A DNA stretch of 64,000 nucleotides from an uncultured delta proteobacterium (GTDB lineage Bacteria; Desulfobacterota; Desulfobacteria; Desulfobacterales; Desulfosalsimonadaceae). The translations under genes were made by a program, and so were the position numbers. Below are positions 39,032 to 49,506 of the stretch, in pieces. The DNA is taken from positions 1 to 64,000 of the forward strand of contig CAWGYD010000005.1 in the NCBI GenBank assembly GCA_963826785.1, written 5' to 3'. Within the stretch, counting starts at the first letter, position 1. Every line of letters starts with the position of its first letter. The notes under the pieces are model-generated. The model had not been told where the DNA came from and did no database searches. It worked only from the letters and a program-made list of their open reading frames with translations.

Positions 39032-40522
39032 TTAATTGATCATGTTTTTGATGGTTTCCATCAACCGGCGGCTGGTCAATCCTTCGGAGTGGGGCAGGAT
39101 GTCATCCGGGTCCCTGGACTGCAAAAGCGCCAGTGCATTTTGAAAACTCCTGCGGTTTTCAGCCAGCCGCTTCTCCTTTTGCATCAGCAGGCCGAGCAGG
39201 AAATGGGCCATGATAAATTCCGGATCCAGGTACAGCGACTGCTTTACCGCCCGTATGGCGGACGCCGTTTCCCCTGAAGCCTGAAACAGAGTGGCCATCA
39301 GATAGTAAATTTCCGGGTTGAGTTTTTCAGAGGCGAGGGCCTTCGCGCACCATTTGCGGGCGCAGCCCAGATCCCCCAGGTTGGCGTGCGCTTTTGCCAG
39401 AAGGGTCATGGACTGGGTTTTCATGAGAAACGCTTTATCCGCAGTTGCCTGATTGGACAAAAGCGGCGTCAGCAGATCCACACACCCTGCATATGTTCCC
39501 CGTTCATAGGCGGCCAGGGCATCCTGGAAGATTTCGACAGCCGGGCGGGTTTCGTTTTGCGTATCGGTGATGCGCCGGATGTTGGTATGACTTTTCTTCC
39601 GGTCGGACCTAGTGTCCGGCGGGCGCAGGGTCATTTCAGGCGGCCGGACATCCTGCGCATCATCGCGTTCCCGGGATCTGGGCATTCCTTTTCGATAAAA
39701 TATGGCATTGGGAAATCGGACCGGGGTCAGGCCGGGCGTCTTGACGAACCCGGATTCCGCCGGGCCGGTGATGAGCCATCCGTTGGCGACCAGCATCTGC
39801 GCAAGGCTGCCGAGCACGTGGTCGCGGCTGTGGGCATCAAAATACATCAGCACGTTCCGGCACAGGATGATATCGACGGGTTCAGCGCAATTGAGCCGGG
39901 CGCCCAGGTCCCGATCCGCCAGGTTCAGCTGGGTAAACCGTACCATGGAGCGGATGCGGGGCGACAGCTCGAAGCGGTTTCCGGAAAGCGGGGTGAAATA
40001 TTTTTCGATGATCTCATCCGGTGTTTCCCGGAGCGACCAGGGGGTATAAATGCCTTTTTCGGCTTTTTTTAAGGATTCCGGGTTGATGTCGCTTCCGATG
40101 ATGGTGATATCCCATCGCCTGAGGCGGGGAAGGGCATGGTCGATCAGAATAGCGATGGAATAGGGCTCCTCGCCAGTGGCGCAGCCCGCGCTCCAGAAAA
40201 TCAGCTTTTCAATGCCGCGCCGGGGGTTTTGGACAAGTCCTCGGAAAATATGATCCTTCAATATCTGGAAAAAATTTTTATCCCGCAGGAAATACGTTTC
40301 ACCCACGGTGAGATGCCCGATCACCGTATCGAGAAGTTCGGGCGAGGGGGGAGACGTCATGAACAGGTCGATGAACTCGCCAATTTCATAATCGAGTCGG
40401 GCGGCGGCGGTCTTCATCCCCTTGGATAACGTCTGCCATTTTTTTTCGGGAAAATGCAGCCCGGTATGCTCAAGGATATACCGGCTGAGCTGATCCAGCT
40501 GGTGATCCGCAATATCATTCAT
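39032..40522 (-). CDS. cheR: CheR methyltransferase with TPR tail (WspC-like)
   Basis: TVGETYFLRD, WSAGCATGEEPYS, CRNVLMYF, C-terminal TPRs. Confidence 0.93.
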   Translation of the reverse strand: MNDIADHQLDQLSRYILEHTGLHFPEKKWQTLSKGMKTAAARLDYEIGEFIDLFMTSPPSPELLDTVIGHLTVGETYFLRDKNFFQILKDHIFRGLVQNPRRGIEKLIFWSAGCATGEEPYSIAILIDHALPRLRRWDITIIGSDINPESLKKAEKGIYTPWSLRETPDEIIEKYFTPLSGNRFELSPRIRSMVRFTQLNLADRDLGARLNCAEPVDIILCRNVLMYFDAHSRDHVLGSLAQMLVANGWLITGPAESGFVKTPGLTPVRFPNAIFYRKGMPRSRERDDAQDVRPPEMTLRPPDTRSDRKKSHTNIRRITDTQNETRPAVEIFQDALAAYERGTYAGCVDLLTPLLSNQATADKAFLMKTQSMTLLAKAHANLGDLGCARKWCAKALASEKLNPEIYYLMATLFQASGETASAIRAVKQSLYLDPEFIMAHFLLGLLMQKEKRLAENRRSFQNALALLQSRDPDDILPHSEGLTSRRLMETIKNMIN

Positions 40523-41007
40523 CAGGCAGACTCATTTTGGGCACAAACAAACGATGCGATATTTTCGATCTCATCTGCTGGAAACAGTTTTTCAATGGCA
40601 TAGATCAGCACGGTCCGGCCCTGATGCCGGGCCACGCCCGAGATGAAGTCTTCCATGCCGGGAAATATGTCTTCTGATCCCACAGTGGACTGTTCGGTCA
40701 GGGAGGCAACCTCGACGATGGCATCTGCAAAAAAGGCGACCGCGTGATTCGATATCCGGGCAATGATCATTTTGTCGTCGATCACCACCTCTTTATCCGG
40801 CAGCTTGAATTGCCTTCGAAAATCAATGACCGGCACGACCTCGCCCCGCATGTCGATCACGCCCATCAGCAGGTCCGGACCGTCATGAACAGCGGTGATC
40901 CAGACAGCGGGAATAATTTGGACCACAAATGCCACCGGTATGGCATAGTGCCGGTCTTCGGTGGTAAAGATGACGTATTGATTTTGCTCCATGACCGGTA
41001 GACCCAT
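40522..41007 (-). CDS. cheW: CheW adaptor
   Basis: GVIDMRGEVVPVIDFR; start may be 40992. Confidence 0.88.
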   Translation of the reverse strand: MGLPVMEQNQYVIFTTEDRHYAIPVAFVVQIIPAVWITAVHDGPDLLMGVIDMRGEVVPVIDFRRQFKLPDKEVVIDDKMIIARISNHAVAFFADAIVEVASLTEQSTVGSEDIFPGMEDFISGVARHQGRTVLIYAIEKLFPADEIENIASFVCAQNESA

Positions 41008-41076
41008 AAACAGCTTTCAAGGTACTTAACTCGGTAAATGGTTTAAAAAATGTAGTCTTTTGTTTCCGCAGGTCCG

Positions 41077-41202
41077 ACACCCCCCTTCGCCCCCCTTGTA
41101 TGGGAATTAAAAGGGGGATCCTTGCGGCTGAAAAATTCCTTACTGCAAAAACATGGCGCAGCGGCCTGATCCCCCCTTGAGGGGGGGATTAAAGGGGGGT
41201 GT
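41077..41202. repeat. Family-A doublet (degenerate left arm; right arm 41169-41202)
   Basis: ACACCCCCCTTCGCCCCCCTT... and ATCCCCCCTTGAGGGGGGGATTAAAGGGGGGTGT. Confidence 0.85.
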
Positions 41203-41444
41203 CCTTTCGGCTGCCGCTGAAAAGTTCCTTACTGCAAAAACACCGCATGACGGGGTATAATGCTTGCAATATGATGAACGGCTGATCACCGTGGCTTCAA
41301 ATTGGCACATCGTCTGTTTTTTATCAAGTAAAACATTGGTTTTCGCCCGCATTGGACGCGCGGGAGGGGCTCAAAACGCCCAAATGCCCCTTGACATCGC
41401 CGCAAGATGGGGTTAAATAAAGACAATTTGTATTAAAAATCAAA

Positions 41445-41620
41445 AAATTACAAGTTGCCGGGTGCCGGAAACGGCTTAAAGGGGAAGACGGTGCAAATCC
41501 GTCGTGGTCCCGCCGCTGTGAGTGGGGACGAAGGCTGCAACAGCCACTGTTTCGGGTTGACCGAAATGGGAAGGTGCAGTTAATAGAGCGATCCACAAAC
41601 CAGAAGACCTGCCCGGCAGT
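41445..41620 (+). ncRNA. Cobalamin (AdoCbl) riboswitch
   Basis: AAAGGGGAAGACGGTGCAAATCCGTCG..CCCGCCGCTGTGA..GCCACTG..GGGAAGG..CCAGAAGACCTGCC; upstream of a B12 ABC transporter. Confidence 0.93.
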
Positions 41621-41682
41621 GTGGTGCTTTTCCGCGCGGATACCGGTACAGCGCCATTCATCAGGATGAAGAAACTGGGTGC

Positions 41683-41727
41683 AATCCTTGAATTCCCATT
41701 AGGGGGAATCCAGGGATTTTTTTATTT
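41683..41727 (+). terminator. Riboswitch expression-platform hairpin or terminator
   Basis: AATCCTTG.ATTCCC..GGGAAT.CAGGGATT plus a T run just before the btuF RBS. Confidence 0.65.
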
Positions 41728-41737
41728 GGAGGCCGGC

Positions 41738-42665
41738 GTGTCTGTTTTTGGAAAAACGGTGATTGTTCTGACGATGGTCTTTGCCTTTTCATGTGCAGGC
41801 CCGGCGAAAACGGCCGATGCTGCGGACCGGGTTGTGCGGGACCAGGCCGGAAGGACCGTCCGGGTTCCGGTTTTACCCTGCCGGGTGGTATCGCTTGCCC
41901 CGAGCATCACCGAGATCATCTATGCCATCGGAGAGCAGGATCGTCTGAAAGGGGCCACCGTATACAGCAATTATCCGGCAGCCGCCAGTAGATCTGCCCC
42001 GGGTGGGCACCTATATCCACCCCGACCTGGAACGGATTGTCTCCCTGCGCCCGGACCTGTGCATCGCCATCAAGGACGGAAATCCCCGTGAAGTCGTCGA
42101 CCGGCTGGAATCGCTCGGCATACCCGTGTACGCCGTCAACCCCAGGGACCTGTCGACGATTATGGGGGCCATCATTCAAATCGGGGACCTGCTGCAGGCA
42201 AATGATCAGGCACAGCAACGGGTTGCCGGTATGAAAAAGCGGATCGAGCGGGTCAGGGCGCTGACATCCTGCATCCCCCACCGGCCGAAGGTGTTTTTTC
42301 AGATCGGGGTGGCCCCGATCATATCCGCCGGCTCGGACACCTTCATCCATGAGATGATCGAACTGGCCGGCGGAGTGAACCTGGCCGCCGAAAGCACCGG
42401 CTACCCGGCATTTTCAATGGAAGAGGTCCTGGTAATGGCGCCGGAAGTCATGATCATCACCACCATGGCCAGGGAAAACGTCTTCGACCAGGTGATGGAC
42501 AGGTGGCGCAGATGGCCGCAGATTCCGGCGGTGAAAGATGACCGGATCTACCTGGTGGACTCGGACCTTTTCGATCGGCCCACCCCGCGCCTGGTGGATG
42601 CCCTGGAAGAACTGGTCCGTCTCATTCACCCGGAATTGAACCTGAACCCGCCCGGATCCTCGTGA
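41738..42665 (+). CDS. btuF: Cobalamin ABC transporter substrate-binding protein (apparent frameshift at ~41990)
   Basis: RVVSLAPSITEIIYAIG in frame 1; PDLERIVSLRPDL...DRPTPRL in frame 2. Confidence 0.88.
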
Positions 42666-43663
42666 TGTCGAAGATCGTTTCTAAAATCTTCTGGACCACC
42701 TTCGCCACCGGTATGCTGCTGGCGCTGCTGATGTTTCTGGGCCTCTGCCTGGGGTCGGCTGGAACCGGCAGTCGGCCGTTTGTCGAGGTCATCCGCAGTT
42801 TCCATCACCCGGAATCGCCCATGTATGCCATTATCTGGCAGCTTCGTTTTCCCCGGGTGCTGGTGGCCGCCCTGGTGGGGGCCACGCTTTCCATCGGCGG
42901 GCTGGTTTTTCAGGCCCTGCTCCGCAACCCCCTGGCTGAACCCTACATCCTGGGCATTTCCGGCGGGTCGGCCATAGGCGCCATTATCGGTATACTCTTG
43001 AATCTCGCCCGCTTCCCCGGAGTGAGCCTGTTTGCCTTCCTGGGCGGCATGGGGACCCTGTTTCTGGTGCTGGCCGTGAGCAGGGGGGCGACGTTGATGA
43101 AAAAGGAAACGCTTCTGCTGGCCGGCGTGATGGTCAACGCTTTCTGCTCGGCGGTCATCATGTTTCTCATCTCCCTCACCCAGGATGCGCGGATCCACAA
43201 CATCATCTTCTGGCTGATGGGCGACCTTTCCGCCATCGGCATGCACGAAACCGGCATGCTGGCCCTGATGGTAATTCCCTGTTTTCTGATCATATTCCGG
43301 CTGTCAAATGCCATGAACCTGCTGCTGATGGGAAAGGAAATGGCCCAATCCATGGGGATCAACGTCACCTGGATCACCATGCTGCTTCTGGTCATCAGTT
43401 CGTTCATGGTGAGCGCCACGGTGGCCAATTGCGGGCTGGTGGCCTTCGTGGGCCTGGTGATACCGCACCTGTTCCGGCTGATCCTGGGGGCGGACCACCG
43501 GATTCTGGCGCCGGCCTGCATCTTCGGGGGAGGCGCCTACCTGGTGGCCTGCGATCTGCTGGCGCGGACCCTGCCGCGCCAGGGGGAAATCCCGGCCGGG
43601 GTGATCACCGCGCTGGTGGGGGCACCGGTATTTATCCTGCTGCTCAAGAGGGCGGGCAGATGA
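42665..43663 (+). CDS. btuC: FecCD/BtuC-family permease
   Basis: LRFPRV, RNPLAEPYILGISGG, FVGLVIPH. Confidence 0.9.
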   Translation: MSKIVSKIFWTTFATGMLLALLMFLGLCLGSAGTGSRPFVEVIRSFHHPESPMYAIIWQLRFPRVLVAALVGATLSIGGLVFQALLRNPLAEPYILGISGGSAIGAIIGILLNLARFPGVSLFAFLGGMGTLFLVLAVSRGATLMKKETLLLAGVMVNAFCSAVIMFLISLTQDARIHNIIFWLMGDLSAIGMHETGMLALMVIPCFLIIFRLSNAMNLLLMGKEMAQSMGINVTWITMLLLVISSFMVSATVANCGLVAFVGLVIPHLFRLILGADHRILAPACIFGGGAYLVACDLLARTLPRQGEIPAGVITALVGAPVFILLLKRAGR

Positions 43664-44481
43664 CAGATGCGGTCCGCGTTCACTCCCTTTCATACGGCTA
43701 TGAGGCCGAAACGGTGCTGGATGATATCTCCTTCAACGTGCGCGCAGGGGAGTGCTTCGTCATCATCGGGCCCAACGGGTCGGGCAAAACCACCCTGACC
43801 AAGATCATCGCCGGGCTCATCCGTCCGAAACAGGGACAAATCGATTTGATGGGAACCCCCATGCGGGCCTACTCCCGCAGGACCCTGGCCCGGTTGCTGG
43901 CCATCGTCCCCCAGTCCATTCCCATGGATTTTCCCTTCACGGTAAAAGAGGTGGTGCTGTTCGGCAGGACTCCGCACCTGGGCACCTTCGGCCTGGAATC
44001 GAAAGCGGATTTGGAACTGGCCCGGCAGGCCATGGTTTTCACCGAGGTGGCCCACCTCGCCCGCCGGCGGCTGGACCAGTTAAGCGGCGGCGAGCGCCAG
44101 CGGGTGTTTATCGCCCGGGCCATCTGTCAGGAGCCCGAGGTCATGGTCTTAGACGAGCCCACCGCTTCGCTGGATATCGCGCACCAGCTCCGGATCATGG
44201 ACCTGATGGAAAAGATGAAAAAGGAAAAGGGGATCACCGTGATCATGGTGTCCCATGATGTGAACCTGGCCGCCCTGTATGCCGATACCCTGCTGTTGAT
44301 CAGCAGGGGAAAGCTGGTTGAGTACGGCCCACCGAAAGACGTGCTCACCTATGAGATCCTGGAAGCCGTGTACGGGTGCCCCCTGCTGGTGGATGAAAAT
44401 CCACTGGACCGCCTTCCCCGCATCACCCCCGTGCCGGGGCGCTATCTCTCCGGCGGCAGCTTTCCCCCCGATGATTCGTGA
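43660..44481 (+). CDS. btuD: Cobalamin/iron-chelate ABC ATPase
   Basis: GPNGSGKT, LSGGERQR, LDEPT; true start ATG 43660. Confidence 0.9.
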   Translation: MTDAVRVHSLSYGYEAETVLDDISFNVRAGECFVIIGPNGSGKTTLTKIIAGLIRPKQGQIDLMGTPMRAYSRRTLARLLAIVPQSIPMDFPFTVKEVVLFGRTPHLGTFGLESKADLELARQAMVFTEVAHLARRRLDQLSGGERQRVFIARAICQEPEVMVLDEPTASLDIAHQLRIMDLMEKMKKEKGITVIMVSHDVNLAALYADTLLLISRGKLVEYGPPKDVLTYEILEAVYGCPLLVDENPLDRLPRITPVPGRYLSGGSFPPDDS

Positions 44482-44509
44482 TTGGTGAACGTAGGCGTTC
44501 ACGCAGATT

Positions 44510-46244
44510 TCACCCACCCGTGAGCCGTTCCAGACTATCTCTTGCAAATTCGATTCCCGGGTCGATCTGAAGTGCGATCCGGTAAAATTCGATGGCTTTT
44601 TCCGTGTTCCCCATGTCGCGGTAGTTGGAGGCGATATTGGCATAATCGATGGCCGATGCGGGATTCAGCCGCACGACCTCTGAAAAGCAGTCGATGGCTT
44701 TTGCATGCTGTTTGAGCTTGAAATGGCAAAACCCCATCAGGTTGAGGATATCGGTCCGCTCCGGATCTGCCGCCAGGCCCTGCTGCAGGATTTCAAGCGC
44801 CTTTTCAAAGTGCCCCAAATCTTTCAGGCAGACGCCCATATAGGAGCAGATGCTGGAAACATCCTGGGGATCCGGATTCAAATTAAGCGCCCGTTCAAAG
44901 TGGCCGTAAGCGGTTTCGGGATCCCCGGCAGCCAGGTGAACGGTTCCCCGGTAGAAGGCGACGTAGTATTTTCCAGGAAGCACCCGGTCGATCTCGGATA
45001 GTTTCTGCATGGCCGTGGCCGGATCCGCATTTTCGGCGATCAGCTTGCAGGAGAACATGCCCACGCTGGTGGCGGCCGCCCGCTCCCGGAAATGGGCGCC
45101 GGGAACGATGGTGTAAAAGGCGGCGCAATCCAGCTGCGGATGGGTGGTATCGATGGCGATAACTTCAAAATTTCGTTCAGACAGCGCCGATATGCAGCGG
45201 CGCACCTCCGTCCTGAAATTGGGGTCTGATATGTCCGGCAGGCGGGTTATGGGGATTTGCGATGGCGGATGCGTGATGAATCGCGCCTCGTTAAGCGCGG
45301 CAAACTTGGGCAGGCCGCTGGCCACATAATTGGACCCGGAATTGAAATCTCCGCCCAGCTGTGCGGTTTCCGTCAATGCGCGGCTCAGGGCTTTTTCCGG
45401 GTGGGTGGCGGTTCCGGCGGTCCAGACGATCTCGCTTTTTTCCGGAAATGTGGCCGGGTCATGGGCCAGCACCCCCACCGTGGGAATGCCCATGTCCAGG
45501 GTGAAATCGGAAAGATAAAGTGAAATGCCATTCTTTTGGAACTTTTCGATCAGCTGGCGCACCACCGGGTCCGTCGACCGAGTCCGCCTCAATGGCGGGA
45601 ACCCGGCGCTTCTCCCGGCAGATCCGGGCCGACACGTGGCGTTCCACGATTTCGCAGATGCCCTGGCAGAGGGCTTCCTCGGGGCAGTTGCCGGCCGACG
45701 TGCCGTTAAATTCGTTGATGGCGAAAAACCAGTCGAAGGGGACCCGAACGCGTTCTTCCCGGGTCAGGTTGTACCCCCAGGTCCACTTCATGGGCAGGTC
45801 GGAAAAAATTTCTTTGGCAACGGCCAGGTCATCTGAATCATCATGCACGGATTTGGCTATCGAATCCAGATCGATTCGGGGTTCTTTCAGATTTCGGAAT
45901 GTGTCGAAAATGAAGTTTTGGGGCTGACTGGCAAAAGAATAGAAACTGAAGCGCTCCACCAGTTCCATCACCGCGCTGGCTTCGGCCTGGGCCGGGGTGG
46001 CCCCTTTGCCCATCTGTTTCCGGGTGCCGGTCAGGCTCGCCGCATCGGAACCGCAGACACTGAAGTAAACGGGGATATCGAGCCTGCCGTTGTCGATGCG
46101 GACCGTCTGATCCAGGATGCGAAGGTCGAGTCGGTTAAATGCGGCCTTGACCCGGCGGATGGTCTCCTCCGGTGGAACCAGTTTGTCCAGGTCATGCGTG
46201 AATTGCTTGACGGCATCGTGTAAGCGGAGGTGATCCGGTTTCAT
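44510..46244 (-). CDS. YcaO-family protein with C-terminal TPRs (apparent frameshift at ~45575)
   Basis: GKGATPAQAEASAVMELVER, NGTSAGN..EEAL.QGICEIVERH, ALSRALTETAQ, then TPRs. Confidence 0.88.
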
Positions 46245-46347
46245 AATCAAAATGCTCTCAATGGTCTATATTTGTAAAAAGATTCCGATCCCGCTGCGCG
46301 GTGTTTTTGCAGCAAGGAACTTTCGAGTGGTAAGAGCGGCCGCCGGG

Positions 46348-46525
46348 ACACCCCCCTTTAATTCCCCCCTCAAGGGGGGATTCTTTTTTCTATTCCCCCT
46401 CTCGCGAGGAAGGGCTTTTTGTTTTTATTCCCCTCTCGCGAGGGGGGCTCCATTTTTTATTCCCTTTTGCGCGGGGGGGACTCCTTTTTTAATTCCCCCC
46501 TGTGAGGGGGGACAAAGGGGGGTGT
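46348..46525. repeat. Family-A doublet with three internal hairpin units
   Basis: Left arm 46348-46382; TATTCCC..CGCG.GG units; right arm 46491-46525. Confidence 0.88.
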
Positions 46526-46811
46526 TGGACCTGCCGGCGGGGCTAAGCCATCCGATTATCAAAAGAGCCAATTATTTATAATGGTTTGCAAAAAATCAAA
46601 AAGGCCATGCAGCCGATAGCGCCATACCATAGGCAATAAGGGCGGCCGGGTCAAGTTTTAACCCGGTTTGGAGTTTGACTTTGAGTGTCATGGTGCGCGG
46701 CTTTGATTCATTTGGATGTAACTAAAGGAAATAATTGTTTTTGATTCATTGCGCCATGGGTGTTATGAAGAAATTCTGGATATGAACCTTTTAAAGGTAC
46801 CGGAGAGTTTG

Positions 46812-47861
46812 ATGATCACGCGCAAATCCAAGATCGGCCTTTCGCCAGGGTCGCTGGTCTATGTGGGGGACCGGAAGGACGAACCGGTCCGGATCTCGAT
46901 TATTCATTATGATGCGGATCATGCCACGGAGATGAAATCTGCGGACATTGAAGACGTCCTTGAAACCAAACCCGGTGCAGGGGTGGTTTGGATCAATGTA
47001 TCCGGGGTCCATGATATCCGCATCATCGAAAAAATCGGCCGGCGGTTTGATCTGCACCCGCTTCTTCTGGAAGATATCTTAAATACCGAGCAGCGGCCGA
47101 AGATCGACGACTACGATGATTACCTGTTTTTGACACTGAAGATGGCCTATTTCGACACCAAAGACAAACTCGAACTGGAGCAGGTGGGGATTGTCATTTC
47201 CAGCGGGGTGATCATTTCCTTCCAGGAGCGGGAAGGGGATGTTTTTGAAGCCGTGCGGGAACGGATCCGTAAAGCCAAGGGGCGCATCCGGAAATCCGGG
47301 GCCGATTATCTGGCCTATGCATTAATCGACATGGTGGTGGACCACTATTTCGGGGTCTTGGAAAAAATCGGGGATATCATCGAGGACCTGCAGGAGGAGG
47401 TCATCCATGAGCCGGATCCGGAGACCCTTCATTACATTCAGAATCTCAAACATCAGATAATTCACCTGCGCCGGTCCGTCTGGCCCCTGCGGGAAGTGGT
47501 GAACTGGCTTTTGCGGGGGGAATCGAACCTGGTGGGCAGGGATGTGATGATCTATCTCAAGGATATCTACGACCACACCATCCAGGTGGCGGACACGGTG
47601 GAAACCTATCGGGACATGCTGGCCAGTCTGCTCGACATTTACCTGTCCAGTCTCAGCAACAAAATGAACGAGACAATGAAAGTCCTGACCGTCATTGCCA
47701 CCCTGTTTATTCCCCTGACGTTTTTTACCGGGATATACGGGATGAATTTCAAGTACATGCCGGAGCTGGACTGGCGGTATTCCTACCCGATTTTCTGGCT
47801 GTTCGTCATCGTGGTTTTTATCATGATGATTTTCATGTTCAAACGCAAAAACTGGCTTTGA
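46812..47861 (+). CDS. corA: Magnesium/cobalt transporter CorA
   Basis: HPLLLEDILNTEQRPK, GIYGMNFKYMPEL; start uncertain (46782 or 46812). Confidence 0.95.
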   Translation: MITRKSKIGLSPGSLVYVGDRKDEPVRISIIHYDADHATEMKSADIEDVLETKPGAGVVWINVSGVHDIRIIEKIGRRFDLHPLLLEDILNTEQRPKIDDYDDYLFLTLKMAYFDTKDKLELEQVGIVISSGVIISFQEREGDVFEAVRERIRKAKGRIRKSGADYLAYALIDMVVDHYFGVLEKIGDIIEDLQEEVIHEPDPETLHYIQNLKHQIIHLRRSVWPLREVVNWLLRGESNLVGRDVMIYLKDIYDHTIQVADTVETYRDMLASLLDIYLSSLSNKMNETMKVLTVIATLFIPLTFFTGIYGMNFKYMPELDWRYSYPIFWLFVIVVFIMMIFMFKRKNWL

Positions 47862-47890
47862 TGGGTGCACATGACCGGGTTGCCCGTCCA

Positions 47891-47945
47891 CGTGAACGGA
47901 AAGTGAACGTAAAGGTAAAGGTAAAGGTAAAGGTAAAGGTTAAAA
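47891..47945. repeat. Hexamer tandem repeat (AAAGGT) about five times, with GTGAACG units
   Basis: Directly visible. Confidence 0.7.
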
Positions 47946-47994
47946 GACAAAGTAAATATTTATGGGAGGAAAGAAGGTATTTGGAGGGTTATGG

Positions 47995-48162
47995 CTGGCG
48001 GGCATGTGGACAGGATTCTGTCCGCTCAGTGATCTTTTTGCCGTCCGAAGCAGCTGTGCTCGGATAAATGCTTCGACTTTTGATTACGGCGGACCCACAT
48101 TCCGGCTTTTACAGGCAAAAATCTCAAATTCGCTCCCAGAACCCTGTTCACATGTCCGCCAG
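47995..48162. mobile_element. 168-bp MITE-like element (family D)
   Basis: 26-bp inverted ends CTGGCGGGCATGTGGACAGGATTCTG / CAGAACCCTGTTCACATGTCCGCCAG (3 mismatches). Confidence 0.65.
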
Positions 48163-48237
48163 AGGTCATATTGCAACAAGATTTAGTTTATTAAGTTTCC
48201 CGGCCCGCATTTGTGAATATTATACGAGGCGGACAAA

Positions 48238-49491
48238 TCAGGCCCGGTGTTTTCTTTCTAAAAGCATTTCGATAAACGCGTCTGCCCGGGTCTGGAATTG
48301 GGCCATGGAAAAATTGCGTTCATCCATGTGATCGGCATCGATGAATACCGACGGGATGCCGAGTTCTTCTTCCAGGGCGCGCCGGATTTCCATCTGGCCC
48401 AGGGTGATGGGGAGGCATGACTTGTTGCGGTGGAAGATCACCCCGTCGATGGCGTAATCCCGGCAGGCCTTGAGCACCATCTCCTTTCTCCGGGAAATGG
48501 AGACGCAGGAAACCAGGGGGTAGGACATGAGGCTTTTGATGGCCAGCGCCCGGATGGGATCGCTGGTGTCCATACGGATGGACCAGGCGGCACTGTAGGT
48601 TTCCGCCACGAAAACGCCGCCGGCGGGTTCGAAATAGTTAAACAGCGCCATGTTGTACCACAGGGGAATATTGTCCCAGAACAGGCGCAATTTTTCGTCT
48701 TCGATCACGCCGATGCCGGCTTCCGCCCGGGATCTGACCTCATCTCTTACCCGGCCGAGATAATCGACTGCGACATCGGTCCCCTGGAGGGTCACCATCA
48801 CGAACATGATGCCCATTTCCGCGGCGGAAAAAGGGACCGGTACGCATTTGCGAAAGGACATGATTTCATCCCACAGGGCGCATGCTTTGTCTGAAAGCGC
48901 CACGGTTTCCGCGAGCCGATCCATATCAAGGGTCCGTCCGGTTTCTGTTTCCAGAAAATCGATCAGCCGGTTCATCTCCGAGACGGCATATTCGATGTGA
49001 GATTCTCCGATCTCTTCCACTGCGGTCTGGGGAAGGTCTCCGGAATAGACCTTTGCCCGGGGAAACCGCCGCTCCAGTGCCTGAAAGATTTTCATCACCG
49101 GGACGCAGCCGCCGAAGGGGGTGAGCAGCAGGTCCGGTTCGGGCAGTCCGCCGAAGGGGGAATTCCTGTCACTCATGGGGCCGTGAACATACCCGATGAT
49201 GTTTCTCAGATACCCGCATAAATCCCGGGAATACCCCATGTTTTCAGATACGGTGAAGTTTTGGGGGGAGAGCCCGAAGGCCGCGCACACCGGCGACCAG
49301 TTCTCCGGAAACACGGGCTGCAGGTCCATGGCGTAAAACAGCTCGATGGCGCCGTTCATGGGCGGCATCCACCCCACCGGTATTTTCTTTGTCTTCGCCT
49401 CGACACATCGGGTGTAGTATTCGGTGATCACCCGGGTGAGTTCTCTTGCCGTGTTGAGCCGTTTCTTGGTTTTGGGCGGACTGTTCATCAT
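48238..49491 (-). CDS. 2-hydroxyacyl-CoA dehydratase / benzoyl-CoA reductase family subunit
   Basis: FPEN, GYSRDLCGY, GLPEPD, DGVIFHRNKSC, DADHMDERNFS. Confidence 0.88.
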   Translation of the reverse strand: MMNSPPKTKKRLNTARELTRVITEYYTRCVEAKTKKIPVGWMPPMNGAIELFYAMDLQPVFPENWSPVCAAFGLSPQNFTVSENMGYSRDLCGYLRNIIGYVHGPMSDRNSPFGGLPEPDLLLTPFGGCVPVMKIFQALERRFPRAKVYSGDLPQTAVEEIGESHIEYAVSEMNRLIDFLETETGRTLDMDRLAETVALSDKACALWDEIMSFRKCVPVPFSAAEMGIMFVMVTLQGTDVAVDYLGRVRDEVRSRAEAGIGVIEDEKLRLFWDNIPLWYNMALFNYFEPAGGVFVAETYSAAWSIRMDTSDPIRALAIKSLMSYPLVSCVSISRRKEMVLKACRDYAIDGVIFHRNKSCLPITLGQMEIRRALEEELGIPSVFIDADHMDERNFSMAQFQTRADAFIEMLLERKHRA

Positions 49492-49506
49492 ACTCCCGGA
49501 AGAATT

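Noticed and set aside
46580..46750. Mg2+ (M-box) or other riboswitch upstream of corA
   Set aside because: Some hairpins are present, but I could not recognise conserved riboswitch motifs; an Rfam scan is needed.
47858..48067. VKVKVK low-complexity ORF
   Set aside because: Produced by the AAAGGT hexamer tract and runs into a MITE.
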